From assembly GCA_016875915.1 (NCBI GenBank), contig VGOM01000003.1, positions 66,716 through 130,715 on the forward strand: a stretch of DNA of 64,000 bases. Reading direction: 5' to 3'. The translations under genes and the position numbers were made by a program. The notes beneath the pieces are model-generated. The model was not told where the DNA came from. It saw only the letters and a program-made list of their open reading frames with translations, and did not search any database. Every line of letters starts with the position of its first letter. Position 1 is the stretch's first letter. Positions 19,606 to 30,870 of this stretch are shown piece after piece. This stretch comes from Chloroflexota bacterium. Lineage in GTDB: Bacteria > Chloroflexota > Dehalococcoidia > UBA2247 > RBG-13-53-26.

Positions 19606-19799
19606 AGTCGCTACCCCCGACTACAGTCTCTGGGTCTCTCCCTGTTGTCAGCCCAGATTATACAATAGATAGGCAATTGACCGGGTGGTCTGCTGCTTCC
19701 TGGGGGAGGGCCTCCCTTGTTTGTGCCAGGCCGGGCCCTGTCTGCGGGCCTCCCGCCCGGCGTGAAGCGCCTCGCAGACCCGCCCCCGGCCGCGGTGCT

Positions 19800-20642
19800 T
19801 CAGAAAGTCACCACGCTGCCGGCGGCGTTGAACAAGAGGCTCTGGCCGAGTTCCTGGGCCAGCCGCACTGATGCCGGCATACCGGTGCAGTGGCAGACGC
19901 CCAGCCTCTGGACCCCCATTCCCTTCAGCTCGGCGATGGTAAGCTCCAGTTGCACCTCGGAAGCCCGGATGAGGTGCATGCCGCCCACCACCGTGTGTAT
20001 GGGTTGAACGCCGGTCACCTTCTGCGCGTGTCTCAGGGTATTGATGGCGCCGCGGTGGGCACACCCCAGCACCACCACCAGTCCCTCATCCGTCTTGATG
20101 AACAGAGCCTGGTCGTCGGCCAGGGGGTCCGGCAGAATCGCTCCGTTCTTCTCCACATACATCCCCGGGTCGATGGCCTCGTAATCCGTGATCATAGGGA
20201 TCTCGCCGCTGGTGACCACGTCCTTCGACAGCCAGACGGGCTCCCGGGTGATCTGGAACACGGCGCCCAGCCTCTCCAACTCTTGCCTGTCGTGTGGCAT
20301 CCCGATGCCACCGGGTGTCTCGTCCTTGAAGACCTGGATGTACTTCGCCTCAAAGATGCCGGGGTGGGCCACCACCTTCACCGTCCTGTTGATCCTGGTT
20401 AGGACCTGGCGCAGACCGCCGGTGTGGTCGTAGTGGCCGTGGCTGAGCACGATGGCATGGATCCGGGGCCAGTCGATGCCGAGGATATCACCATTGTGCA
20501 CCGCTGAGACGCTGGCTCCCGCGTCGAGCAGGACCGTGATGCCCTCCGTTTCCATCAGGATGCTCAGGCCCCATTCCGCCAGCAGTCCCCGTGGCCGGCC
20601 AGATACCGTGTTGTCACTCAAAGTGGTCAGCCGGCACTTCAT
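19800..20642 (-). CDS. MBL-fold metallo-hydrolase
   Basis: HGHYDHTGG metal-binding motif. Confidence 0.7.
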   Translation of the reverse strand: MKCRLTTLSDNTVSGRPRGLLAEWGLSILMETEGITVLLDAGASVSAVHNGDILGIDWPRIHAIVLSHGHYDHTGGLRQVLTRINRTVKVVAHPGIFEAKYIQVFKDETPGGIGMPHDRQELERLGAVFQITREPVWLSKDVVTSGEIPMITDYEAIDPGMYVEKNGAILPDPLADDQALFIKTDEGLVVVLGCAHRGAINTLRHAQKVTGVQPIHTVVGGMHLIRASEVQLELTIAELKGMGVQRLGVCHCTGMPASVRLAQELGQSLLFNAAGSVVTF

Positions 20643-20768
20643 GTGGCACTCCTCTCTGCCGCCTCGGAGATCTCACATTCTGGCAGCGGTGGCCCCGGCC
20701 GGTCAAGCTGCAGGGCCGGTCATCTCGACATTGTTGAGCACGGTCTGCCATGCTAGAATACGCCTGCC

Positions 20769-21704
20769 ATGAGAGTGGTCTTCATGGGCACGCCCGGCTT
20801 CGCCCTCCCCGCGCTCCGCCGCCTTGCCGGCAGTGACTTCGAGGTGGCCGCCGTCTACACCCAGCCCGATGAGCCGGTGGGGAGGGGACGCCGCATGGTG
20901 CCCACGCCGGTCAAGTCGCTGGCCCTGGACCTGGGGCTGACCGTGAGGCAGCCGGCTTCTTTGAAGGAGGCTGGGGAGGTGGCCTGGCTGGCCGGACTGC
21001 GGCCTGACTTCATAGTGGTCGCCGCCTACGGTCAGTTGCTGCCCCAGAGCGTCCTGGACATCCCCCGGTTCGGCTGCATCAACATCCACCCCTCCCTCCT
21101 CCCCCGGCACCGCGGCCCCTCCCCGGTTGCTGGCGCCATCCTGGCCGGCGATGAGGTCACCGGGGTGAGCATCATGCTCATGGACAGAGGCATGGACACC
21201 GGCCCGGTGCTGGCCCAGCGCCAGCAGCCCATGTCCGCTGACGACACAACGGAGACCCTCACCGACAGCCTGGCGGAGGTGGGGGCGGACCTCCTCATGG
21301 AGACTCTGCCGCTCTGGCTGGCTGGACGCATCGCCCCCCAGGCGCAGGATAACGGAATGGCCACCTGCTCCAGGGTGATCACCAAGGAGGACGGCCGGAT
21401 GGACTGGCATCTGCCGGCCCCGGAGCTGTGGCGCAGGGTCCGGGCCTTCCAGCCTTGGCCCGGCTGCTACACCACCTGGGAGGGCAAACTGCTCAAGATC
21501 GTCCAGGCAGTGCCACTGCCGGGTGAAGGCGAAGCCGGCAGGGTGACGGAGATCAGGGGCGTGCCGGGGGTGGCCGTCGGCGTGCAGACCGGGGATGGCC
21601 TTCTGGGATTGCTCAAGGTGCAACTGGAAGGGAAGCGGGTGGTGGATGCCGGGGAGTTCGTCCGGGGACAGCGGGGCTTCGCCGGCTCGCTGCTGCCCGG
21701 CTAG
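20769..21704 (+). CDS. fmt: methionyl-tRNA formyltransferase
   Basis: MRVVFMGTPGFALPAL N-terminus; SLLPRHRGPSP formyltransferase motif; C-terminal Fmt domain. Confidence 0.9.
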   Translation: MRVVFMGTPGFALPALRRLAGSDFEVAAVYTQPDEPVGRGRRMVPTPVKSLALDLGLTVRQPASLKEAGEVAWLAGLRPDFIVVAAYGQLLPQSVLDIPRFGCINIHPSLLPRHRGPSPVAGAILAGDEVTGVSIMLMDRGMDTGPVLAQRQQPMSADDTTETLTDSLAEVGADLLMETLPLWLAGRIAPQAQDNGMATCSRVITKEDGRMDWHLPAPELWRRVRAFQPWPGCYTTWEGKLLKIVQAVPLPGEGEAGRVTEIRGVPGVAVGVQTGDGLLGLLKVQLEGKRVVDAGEFVRGQRGFAGSLLPG

Positions 21705-21707
21705 CCT

Positions 21708-23417
21708 TCAGCTCAGTATCAGGTTGAGTATCCCCCCGGCTATCAGGGACGCCGCCACCATGATAGCCGTCGCCTTCAGTACCCCCCTCAGCCCGAACTC
21801 CCGCAGCAGGATGACGAAGGTGGCGATGCAGGGGAAGGACATGGCCAGGACCACGCTGCCCACCACCAGTTGCCCTGCGGTCATGTCCAGCGGGGCCATC
21901 AGCCCCAGGGCCACATCCTTGCGCAGGAATCCCATGATCAGGGCAACCACCGCCTCCTTGGGCAGACCTAGAACAGTGGTCACCACCGGGGCAGCGGCGT
22001 CGGCGATGGCATCGAAGATGCCGAAGCTGTAGAAGAGATTGATCAGCAGCACGCCGCCCAGGACAATGGGCGTGGCCTCCACCACGAAACCTCTGATTCG
22101 GCGCCACAGCTTCTGGAGCACCGCTTGCCGGGAGGGCACGCGGTAGGGCGGTATCTCGATGAGCAGTTCCGGGGTGAAGCCCTTCACTCCGTAGCGCAGT
22201 ATCAGGCCCAGAACCACCCACACCGCCAGCAGTGTGCCATAGACCATGAGCACATACTCCACCCCTCTGTCGCCCACTAGGCCGAAGATCATGGCCTGGA
22301 GGGAGGCGCAGGGAATGGCGATGGAGATCAGGGTAGCCGCGATGAACCGCTCCCGCTTGCTTTCCAGGATCCGGGTGGCCAGGATGCCTGGCACGTTGCA
22401 GCCGAAGCCCAGCAGGGTGGGGATCACCGCATAGCCGTGCAGGCCCAGGCGGTGCATCACGGTATCCACCAGCACCGCCAGCCTGGGCAGATAGCCGATG
22501 TCCTCCAGCAGCCCCAGCGCCAGATAGAAGGAGAACACGTACGGCAGCACCATGCCGAACTCCACATAGAGCCCCGTGGTCAGCAGGCCCAGGGCCCCCG
22601 GGAAGTCGATCTCGCCCCCCGTGGTATTGCCTATCAGCAGGTCGTGGAGCAGGCCGCTGCCTCCCAGGAGGTCGCTCAGCCGCAGTATCACCGGCGCCCA
22701 GAGCCTTTCGAACAGGGGATCGATGGCGTAGCTGATCAGGCTCTCGCTGATGAAACGCACTGCCACGAAGGTCCCCGCCAGGATGGCCAGGGCCATGATG
22801 CTGCCGGTCAGCGGCCTGATGCTGGCGTCGGCCATGTGCTCCAGCCAGGTGTGATGGCGGTGGCTGATCTGCTGCACCTGCGCCACGATCTGTCCCACCG
22901 CGGCCCAGCGCTCCTCGCTGGTCCGGGCCTTCTGTGGCGGGGAAACGGCCCGGGGAATGATCGACACCAGGTCCTTGATCCCTTCGCCGCTGACCGCCAC
23001 CGTCGGTATCACCGGCACCCCCAGGAGTTCCCTCAGCTTGTCCAGGTCGATCCCGATGCCCCGGTGTTTGGTGTCGTCCCACAGATTCAGGGCCACCACC
23101 ACCGGTACGTTGCTCTCCAGCAACTGCAGGGTCAAATAGAGGTTCCTCTCCAGGTTGGTGGCATCGACGACATTGACCACCACGTCGCCGCTGGGCAGCA
23201 TCTCCAGGGCGATCCTTTCCGCCTCGCAGGTTGGCTCCAGGGTGTAGGTGCCTGGGACGTCGATGATCTCCGCCTGCCCCTCGCCCAGCTTCATGGTCCC
23301 CTGGGTGTAGCCCACCGTGGTCCCGGGGTAGTTGGAGGAGATGACGTGCACGCCGGTGAGGCGGGAGAAGATAACGCTCTTCCCCACGTTGGGGTTGCCC
23401 ATGAGGAGTATTCGCAT
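21708..23417 (-). CDS. feoB: ferrous iron transporter FeoB
   Basis: N-terminal G-domain GNPNVGKS, followed by a polytopic membrane domain. Confidence 0.85.
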   Translation of the reverse strand: MRILLMGNPNVGKSVIFSRLTGVHVISSNYPGTTVGYTQGTMKLGEGQAEIIDVPGTYTLEPTCEAERIALEMLPSGDVVVNVVDATNLERNLYLTLQLLESNVPVVVALNLWDDTKHRGIGIDLDKLRELLGVPVIPTVAVSGEGIKDLVSIIPRAVSPPQKARTSEERWAAVGQIVAQVQQISHRHHTWLEHMADASIRPLTGSIMALAILAGTFVAVRFISESLISYAIDPLFERLWAPVILRLSDLLGGSGLLHDLLIGNTTGGEIDFPGALGLLTTGLYVEFGMVLPYVFSFYLALGLLEDIGYLPRLAVLVDTVMHRLGLHGYAVIPTLLGFGCNVPGILATRILESKRERFIAATLISIAIPCASLQAMIFGLVGDRGVEYVLMVYGTLLAVWVVLGLILRYGVKGFTPELLIEIPPYRVPSRQAVLQKLWRRIRGFVVEATPIVLGGVLLINLFYSFGIFDAIADAAAPVVTTVLGLPKEAVVALIMGFLRKDVALGLMAPLDMTAGQLVVGSVVLAMSFPCIATFVILLREFGLRGVLKATAIMVAASLIAGGILNLILS

Positions 23418-23427
23418 GGCCGCCAGT

Positions 23428-23685
23428 CTAGTCCGGCTGGACCGCTATCTTCCTGGCCATGCCGAAGCCGATGGCTACCTCCGCCCGGTCCACGCGGACT
23501 ACCACCGGACCGTGCATGAAGGCGGCGCTGACCTTGGTGATCCTCTTGCCCGGTCTGATGCCCAGGGCGTCGAGGCGGTTGACCAGGCCTTGTCCGCCTT
23601 TGATCTCGACCACCGTGGCGCTCTGCCCCGTGGCCATGCGGGCCGCCGTGAGCCTCTCACCGTCGGTTCGGGGCTTCTCCGTCAT
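23428..23685 (-). CDS. feoA: FeoA family protein
   Basis: 85-aa SH3-like protein directly upstream of feoB. Confidence 0.75.
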   Translation of the reverse strand: MTEKPRTDGERLTAARMATGQSATVVEIKGGQGLVNRLDALGIRPGKRITKVSAAFMHGPVVVRVDRAEVAIGFGMARKIAVQPD

Positions 23686-23749
23686 GCCTCCTCCGCCGGC
23701 GTCGCGGATTTGTTAGGGCCCGCTAACTTATCATCGCAAAAAAAGAGAC

Positions 23750-24247
23750 TCATCGTTGCCTCCGCCTGGACTTCGGCTTCAGGGGACGGGCCCGCGGCAG
23801 TTCGCCGTACTGAACATAGCGCTGGTAGTTCCCCAGCCATGGTGGCATGTCCTCGGGGCAGGCCTCCACGAAGGCCAGGAACTTGGAGAACCTCTCCAGG
23901 GTGGCCGGGCTCACCGAATGCTCCATGCGGCAGGCATCCTCCCTGGCGGTGGCCGGATCGATGTCCAGGACGTCGGTCAGGAAGCGGCGCAGCACCTCGT
24001 GACGGTGGAACACATTCCGGGCCGTCTTGTCGCCGGCCGTGGTCAGCTTCACCCGCCCGTACCTCTCGTGCTCCACCAGCCCTTCCTCGGAGAGCTTTCG
24101 CAGCGCCGCGGTGACGCTGGGCATCTTCACCCCCAGCGCCTGGCTGATCTCCTTCACCCTCACCGCCTTGCCTCTGGAGCGGAGCATGGCCACAGCCTCG
24201 AGGTAGTCCTCCATGCTGGATGTCTGCTCTGATCCTATTCTTTCCAT
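23750..24247 (-). CDS. DtxR/MntR-family metal-dependent transcriptional repressor
   Basis: EDYLEAV N-terminal HTH; metal-binding and dimerisation region; sits upstream of feoAB. Start uncertain (24247 vs 24214). Confidence 0.7.
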   Translation of the reverse strand: MERIGSEQTSSMEDYLEAVAMLRSRGKAVRVKEISQALGVKMPSVTAALRKLSEEGLVEHERYGRVKLTTAGDKTARNVFHRHEVLRRFLTDVLDIDPATAREDACRMEHSVSPATLERFSKFLAFVEACPEDMPPWLGNYQRYVQYGELPRARPLKPKSRRRQR

Positions 24248-24395
24248 ACGATTGTTAGTCTCACAAAACATTCTAGCGCAAATCGCCTCACCGGTCAAGT
24301 GCGCCCCGCTTTGGGAAAACTTGTGAGCTGAGATGGATTGGGAATAGAATCATAGATTATCGTCCAGCGAACAATCGTCAGGCGGTGAGGAGACC

Positions 24396-24605
24396 TTGGC
24401 CGGGCGCATAGAGATCGATCAGGAAGTCTGCAAAGGGTGCGAGATGTGCATCACCTTCTGCACTAAGAAGTCCATCTGCCTCTCCGGCTCCCTGAATGCC
24501 GCCGGCTACATACCGGTGGTCTTCAGCGATGGCGGCGAGTGCAACGGCTGCGCCGTGTGCGCCGTGGTCTGCCCCGAGGCGGCCATAGAGGTCTATCGTG
24601 ACTAG
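24396..24605 (+). CDS. 2-oxoacid:ferredoxin oxidoreductase delta subunit (2x[4Fe-4S] ferredoxin)
   Basis: CKGCEMCITFC and CNGCAVCAVVCP motifs; TTG start after a GGTGAGGAG RBS; overlaps korA start. Confidence 0.7.
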   Translation: MAGRIEIDQEVCKGCEMCITFCTKKSICLSGSLNAAGYIPVVFSDGGECNGCAVCAVVCPEAAIEVYRD

Positions 24606-25670
24606 AAGGCTGATGGATGGCAACAGCGCCGTCGGCGAGGCGGCCATCAGGGCCGGCTGCCAGTGCTACTTCGGCTACCCCATCACCCCTCAGAACGAGC
24701 TGACGGAGTACATGGCCACCCACCTCAGTCGCCGCAAGGGCTGCAGCTTCATCCAGGCAGAGAGCGAGATCTCGGCCATCAACATGGTCTTCGGGGCCAG
24801 TGCCGTGGGGGCCAGGTCAATGACTTCATCGTCCAGCCCCGGGATGAGCCTGAAGCAGGAGGGGATATCCTATCTGGCCTCCTGCGAGCTTCCTGCCGTG
24901 ATCGTCAACATGTCCCGGGGTGGCCCGGGACTGGGCACCATCTCCGCTGCGCAGTCCGACTACTTCCAGTCCACCCGCGGCGGCGGGCACGGCGACTACC
25001 GCACCATCGTCCTGGCACCCTCGTCGGTCCAGGAGCTGGCCGACCTGACCCACAGGGCGTTTGACCTGGCTGACAAATACCGCATCCCGGTGATCATCCT
25101 GGGCGATGGCATGCTCGGCCAGATGCAGGAGCCCGTGGATTTCAGGCATGAAGCGCCGGCGGAACTGCCGGTGAGGAGCGATGCACTGAGAGGGGCTAGG
25201 GGCCGCCCCAGCAAGATAGTCAGGACCTGCACCTCCAATACCAGCGAGATGGAGGAGCTGAACTGGAGCCTCTACCGAAGGTATCAGTTGATCGAGAAGA
25301 AGGAGACCGCCTTCGAGACCTTCCTGGTCGATGACGCGGAGCTGATCGTGGTGGCCTTTGGCATCGCCGCCAGGATTGCCAAGGGAGCTATCAAGAGCGC
25401 CCGGGCCAACGGCCTCAAGGTGGGTCTGGCCCGGCCCATCACCCTCTGGCCCTTTCCATCGGGGCGCATCAAAGAGCTGGCCGCCACCGCCAAGTGCCTC
25501 CTGGTCTTCGAGATGAACATGGGCCAGATGCTCGAGGACGTGCAGTTGGCCCTGCAGGGACAGGGGGAGGTCTTCTTCTACGGCCGGCCGGGCGGCGTCA
25601 TCCCCACCCCCAGCGAGGTGCTCCGGGTGATCTCCCGCCACTATTACCAGCGGGGGCTGAAGAAGGGCAA

Positions 25671-25674
<4 letters not shown>
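24598..25674 (+). CDS. 2-oxoacid:ferredoxin oxidoreductase alpha subunit
   Basis: 358 aa Por/Kor/Vor alpha-like protein; ATGA overlap with the beta gene. Confidence 0.8.
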
Positions 25675-26415
<741 letters not shown>

Positions 26416-26426
<11 letters not shown>

Positions 26427-26946
26427 GACCATCTTCGCCGGCTTCGGAGGCCAGGGAGTCCTCTCCATGGGCCTCAATCTGGCCGAGGCGGCCATGCTGG
26501 AAGGCAAGAACGTCACTTTCCTGCCGTCCTACGGCGTCGAGGTCCGCGGGGGCACGGCCAACTGCACCGTGGCCGTGTCCGACGAAGAGATCGCCTCGCC
26601 GGTGGCCTCGGCGCCGGAGTTCGTGGTGGCCATGAACCAGCCCTCGCTGGTCAGGTTCCAGAATCAGGTCCAGTCGGGAGGCGTCCTCTTCTACAACGCC
26701 TCGCTGGTCAATCCCCAGAACCCCCGGGGCGACATCGAGCTTGTCGGCGTTCCGGCGGGGGAGATCGCCGAGAAGCTGGACAGCCCCAAGTCGGCCAACA
26801 TGGTTATGCTCGGGGCCTTCGCCAGGAAGACCAATATCGTCTCGATGGACACTGTGGCCGAGGTGCTGAGCACCATCCTGAAGAACAAGGCCAAGCTGGT
26901 GTCCATCAACAAGAAGGCCCTGAAGGCGGGTTATGACCTGTTCTAG
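26416..26946 (+). CDS. 2-oxoacid:ferredoxin oxidoreductase gamma subunit
   Basis: 176 aa; FAGFGGQGV gamma-subunit motif. Confidence 0.75.
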
Positions 26947-27008
26947 CCCCGGCGGCTGTCTGCTGCCAGGGGAGCCAAGTTGACATAAAGGACAGCGGAG
27001 AGCGGATC

Positions 27009-27440
27009 ATGTGTGTGAAGCAGATATCCATCAGCCTGGACAATGTCCCCGGGAAGTTACTGGACGTCAGCGAGCGCCTCGGCATCGAGGGGATCAACAT
27101 CCGTGCCATCTCGGTGGCCGACACCGCCGATATCAGCACGGTGCGGTTCGTCACCGATGACCCGGAGAAGACCACCAACGTGCTCAGGAGCCAAGGCTAC
27201 TCCGTGAAGACCACCGATGTCATCGCCGTCGAGGTCCCCGACCACCCCGGCGGACTGCAGGCCGTACTCAAGCCGCTCAAGGCTGCCGGGATCAACGTCC
27301 ACTACCTCTATCCCTACCTCGGCCGGGGCGAGAGCGGCCAGCCCGTAGTCATCGTCGGTGTGGACAAGACCGAAGAGGCGGTGAACGTGCTGCGCAAGAA
27401 CTGGGTCCACACCTTCGGCGAAGAGATCTACTCGCTCTGA
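27009..27440 (+). CDS. ACT-domain protein (tandem ACT)
   Basis: Two ~65-aa ACT-like repeats (ISISLDNVPGKL / VIAVEVPDHPGGL). Confidence 0.55.
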   Translation: MCVKQISISLDNVPGKLLDVSERLGIEGINIRAISVADTADISTVRFVTDDPEKTTNVLRSQGYSVKTTDVIAVEVPDHPGGLQAVLKPLKAAGINVHYLYPYLGRGESGQPVVIVGVDKTEEAVNVLRKNWVHTFGEEIYSL

Positions 27441-27459
27441 GGCCGGGCCCCGCCCCTTC

Positions 27460-28200
27460 CTACGCCACCACGGCCGCCGGCTGGTCCTGCAGGGGATGGG
27501 TCCTCACCACCAGTGAGAACAGGAAGGGGTACTCCGCCTTCAGGTGCTCCACGTAGCTCAGCCACTCGGTGATCAGCCGGCTGAACGCCCGTTCGATGTC
27601 GCCCGCTATGTGCTTCAGGTCGCTCTCGGGGAGGCCCCCGAGCGACCGGCGGGCCTCCAGCTCCTCGTCGAGGTGGAACACCGCCAGCAGCATGTCGGTG
27701 AACCCCTCATGCTCCAGCAAGTTGGGATTCTCCATCAGGGCCAGCATGAAAGGCCTCTTGGCTCCCAGGAGGGCCTTCAGCGGATCGAGGCTGGCAGCAT
27801 CGACTCTGGATTGCAGCCCGGCGGCATGCGCCAGGACCCTGGCTCTCTTGAACTCCCCCGGACCCCACCGGGTGGTCACCCGGAAGCGCTCCTTGATCTC
27901 GGCGCTCCGCTCCGAGTAGCTCACCAGTTCGGCCAGCAGGTGGTTTCCCACCTCGCTGAAGAAGGCCCCCACCACGATGTTCAGCTTGCGGAGCAGCGCC
28001 TGTTTCTCCCGCTGGTGCAGGAGCCTGTCGATGACCAGGCCCACCAGGAACACCTCCAGGGGGAGGAAGGCCAGATCGCCGACGAGGTAGATGTAGATGT
28101 GGTGCGTGTCGCGGAAGATGGCATAGTGCGCCAGGTACAGCAGGCCGGAGCTGATCAGGAACACCGCGGCGACGATGGCGAAGAAGAGGTGCCTTCTCAC
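27460..28200 (-). CDS. hypothetical membrane-anchored protein
   Basis: Two N-terminal TM helices, then a soluble domain; no family recognised. Confidence 0.4.
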   Translation of the reverse strand: MRRHLFFAIVAAVFLISSGLLYLAHYAIFRDTHHIYIYLVGDLAFLPLEVFLVGLVIDRLLHQREKQALLRKLNIVVGAFFSEVGNHLLAELVSYSERSAEIKERFRVTTRWGPGEFKRARVLAHAAGLQSRVDAASLDPLKALLGAKRPFMLALMENPNLLEHEGFTDMLLAVFHLDEELEARRSLGGLPESDLKHIAGDIERAFSRLITEWLSYVEHLKAEYPFLFSLVVRTHPLQDQPAAVVA

Positions 28201-28227
28201 GTTGTTCTGTCCCCGGTCAACATTCTA

Positions 28228-29661
28228 TCATGGTCGCGGGTTCAGGGATCGGTGGTAGCTGCTGAACCGGCGCAGCGCCCTGGCGGCGCGGCGCAGCGAG
28301 CTGTACGTCACGATGCCGGACCGGCGCAGGTCCTGGACGAACTCCGCCGACTCTGCCGGCCTCTCCTGCTCTTGGACGGCCACAAGAACGGGCTTCCCCG
28401 CCGGGCTGCTCCGGTTGTAGTCCACGATGAAGGCCTTGAACTCGGCCAGAGCCTGCTCCGACAGCCACTTGGCGTAGTCGGCCCCCATGTGGAGGATGAT
28501 CAACTCCACCTGCTGCTCAGCAGATACGGCATCCAGGGCCTTCCGCAACAGCGCGGTGCTGGCGAAGAGGCTGCCGGCATCCATGGGATTGACTATGCTC
28601 TGGTTCACCAGGGTGGTGAACTCCAGCAGTCTAGCCGTGGTCTGGGGCGAGGGAGAGGGCAGATCGAGTCCCTCTTCAGCGCAGGTGTCAGCCGTGGCCA
28701 CATTGTTGCCTCCGCCACCGCCGAACACGGCCACCCCCGTGCCGGCGAATGGCTTCACCCTGAGGAAGGTCATGCACAGATCGCCCATCTCATCGATCGA
28801 ACCGACGGACAGGGCCCCTGTCTGCTTGAAGAAGGTCTCCCACATCCGCCTGTTTCCGGCCATGGAGCTGGTGTGCGTGGCCGTTGCCCTGGCTCCGGAG
28901 GAAGTCAACCCGCCCTTCCAGACGATCACCGGCTTTCTGGGTGTCAGGTCCCCAACGATGCGGGTGAGCTTCCTGCCGTCCTTCACACCTTCCAGGTACA
29001 TGCAGATGATGTCCGTCTCAGTATCCTGAGCGAGGTACTCAAGGAAGTCCGTGCAGTCCATCATCAGGGCATTGCCGTAGCTGACCAGCTTGGAGAAGCC
29101 GATCCCCATGGTCGGGCCCAGCCTAGCGAATCCCTGTCCATGGCCGCCGCTCTGGGAAAGGAAGGCCACCGGCCCTGGAAGCAGGGTGATCTTGTCATAC
29201 ATCTGCATACGTGCCGCCGGCACGTGGTAGCCCAGGCAGTTCGGTCCCACCACCAGCAGCCCCCCGCGGATGGCGATATCCCGTATCTCCCGTTCTGCCT
29301 CCGCCCCCCGTGCCTCACCCGTCTCGGAGAAGCCGGCGGTGGCGATCTGTATGTTCACCGCGCCCGCCTGGACGCAGTCCCGCAGCACGGAGGCCACCGC
29401 CGCCACCGGCACGGCCACAATCACCAGGTCCACGGTCTCAGGGATGGCGCTCACGGCGGGGTAGGCCTTCAGTCCCTGGATGACCTCGGCCTTGGGATTC
29501 ACCGGGTAGATCCGTCCCTCGAAGCCGGCCTGCTGCAACAGGCGGAGGAAGGTGAACCCCGTGTAGCCCGGAGGATGGTTGGCCTCGCTGCGGGGGACGC
29601 CGACTATGGCCACGGACCTGGGGTGGAAAGCCCGTTCCAGATCCTCGAATCTGCTCGTCAC
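28228..29661 (-). CDS. acyl-CoA synthetase (NDP/ADP-forming) alpha subunit-like, paralog 4
   Basis: HPRSVAIVGV CoA-binding; HTSSMAGN phospho-His region. The N-terminus of the longer track ORF is non-homologous; GTG start chosen at 29661 by alignment to the paralogs. Confidence 0.7.
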   Translation of the reverse strand: MTSRFEDLERAFHPRSVAIVGVPRSEANHPPGYTGFTFLRLLQQAGFEGRIYPVNPKAEVIQGLKAYPAVSAIPETVDLVIVAVPVAAVASVLRDCVQAGAVNIQIATAGFSETGEARGAEAEREIRDIAIRGGLLVVGPNCLGYHVPAARMQMYDKITLLPGPVAFLSQSGGHGQGFARLGPTMGIGFSKLVSYGNALMMDCTDFLEYLAQDTETDIICMYLEGVKDGRKLTRIVGDLTPRKPVIVWKGGLTSSGARATATHTSSMAGNRRMWETFFKQTGALSVGSIDEMGDLCMTFLRVKPFAGTGVAVFGGGGGNNVATADTCAEEGLDLPSPSPQTTARLLEFTTLVNQSIVNPMDAGSLFASTALLRKALDAVSAEQQVELIILHMGADYAKWLSEQALAEFKAFIVDYNRSSPAGKPVLVAVQEQERPAESAEFVQDLRRSGIVTYSSLRRAARALRRFSSYHRSLNPRP

Positions 29662-29719
29662 TATGGCTGCTGTTCCATGGCCTGGAGACTGGGGAGGCAG
29701 TCCTGACCTGCCGCCTTCT

Positions 29720-30655
29720 CTAGGCCGCCTGGGGCTGCCTCTGCAGCTCCTCGATATCCAGCGGTTCGCCCCTCGACGGGTCCCTCCGCAGCTTGATTGC
29801 CTCGATGGGGCACACATCCACGCAGACGCCGCAGCCCATGCACTTGGCCTCGTTGATCACGGCCTTCTGGCCGTCCTTGCTCATGCTGATGGCATTGAAC
29901 TTGCAGGTGCCATCGGTGCAACTCGCACAACCATTGCAGTCGTCGCTGACCTCTGCCACGTACCCCGAGGAAGCCATGATGGGGACCATCCCTTCCAGCA
30001 TGTTCCACATCCTGATTCCCACGCAGCAGCAGGAGCAGCAGTTGCAGATGGCCATGAATCTGTTGCCCATCTCCTTCTTGAAGTAGGCGGTGTGAACGAA
30101 GCCCTTCTTGTGGACATCCTCCAGGATCTTCACCGCCTCGTCCTGGGACACCTTGCGGAACATCTTGCTCTCCTCCGCGATGAACGACGCAAACGGATCA
30201 CCCACAAACATGCACGCCTCATACGGCGGTGGCATACACGGGGTCTCAGAGAGGGAGCGGCACACACAGGTGCCCACCGCCACCGGGCTGTTGGCCTTCA
30301 GGATCACCTCCCTGGCCAGCTTGTAGGGCATGACCTTCTCCGAAGGGACCAGGTGCAGGTCCTTCTTTTGGGTCACCAGCTTGATGGCATCCTGCAGCTT
30401 GACCACCTTGCCGTGGTAGATGTTCGTCTCGGTGGTGGCCGAGGAATCCGCTATCTGCTGCACGTAGAACTTCAGCATGGCATCCGTTTCCTCGGACACC
30501 TTCTGGCGCGGCTCCTTGACCGGCAGGCCCGATGCTTGGAAGGCGTGCCAGATGAAGTTCTCGATGTACTTCATGTAGAGGAACGCCGGGAAGAAGTCGT
30601 TCTTGTGCTCCAGCGGATAGATGTCGTAGAGTCCCTTGGCCAGTTCGTGGTGCAT
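29720..30655 (-). CDS. Cys-rich iron-sulfur protein: unusual CNCCSCCC motif plus C-terminal 2x[4Fe-4S] ferredoxin domain
   Basis: CxxCxxCxxxC and CxxCxxCxxxCP (CMGCGVCVDVCP) motifs; extra clusters CVCRS and CNCCSCCC; 311 aa. Confidence 0.55.
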   Translation of the reverse strand: MHHELAKGLYDIYPLEHKNDFFPAFLYMKYIENFIWHAFQASGLPVKEPRQKVSEETDAMLKFYVQQIADSSATTETNIYHGKVVKLQDAIKLVTQKKDLHLVPSEKVMPYKLAREVILKANSPVAVGTCVCRSLSETPCMPPPYEACMFVGDPFASFIAEESKMFRKVSQDEAVKILEDVHKKGFVHTAYFKKEMGNRFMAICNCCSCCCVGIRMWNMLEGMVPIMASSGYVAEVSDDCNGCASCTDGTCKFNAISMSKDGQKAVINEAKCMGCGVCVDVCPIEAIKLRRDPSRGEPLDIEELQRQPQAA

Positions 30656-30870
30656 TCTCTCCTCCTCGGATTCCCTGACGGAAGTGTCCAGCCGCTTGAG
30701 GGGCGTGTCCGCCTTGCTCAGTCCCGCTCCGGGGACAGCCTATCACATGGATAATAGCAGGTCAAAGCGTACCTTCGGCTGTCTCACAGGACCGGCTGCC
30801 TCTCGTGCCGCCGGCCCTGTTGACAGGAATCGCCTGTCCGAGTACCTTTCGTCCAGAAAGGAGACCGCCT

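Noticed and set aside
19606-19799. GGGAGGGCCTCCC palindrome in the epimerase/MBL intergenic region as a possible terminator
   Set aside because: The loop is too short to form a stable hairpin and there is no U-tract in the relevant orientation.
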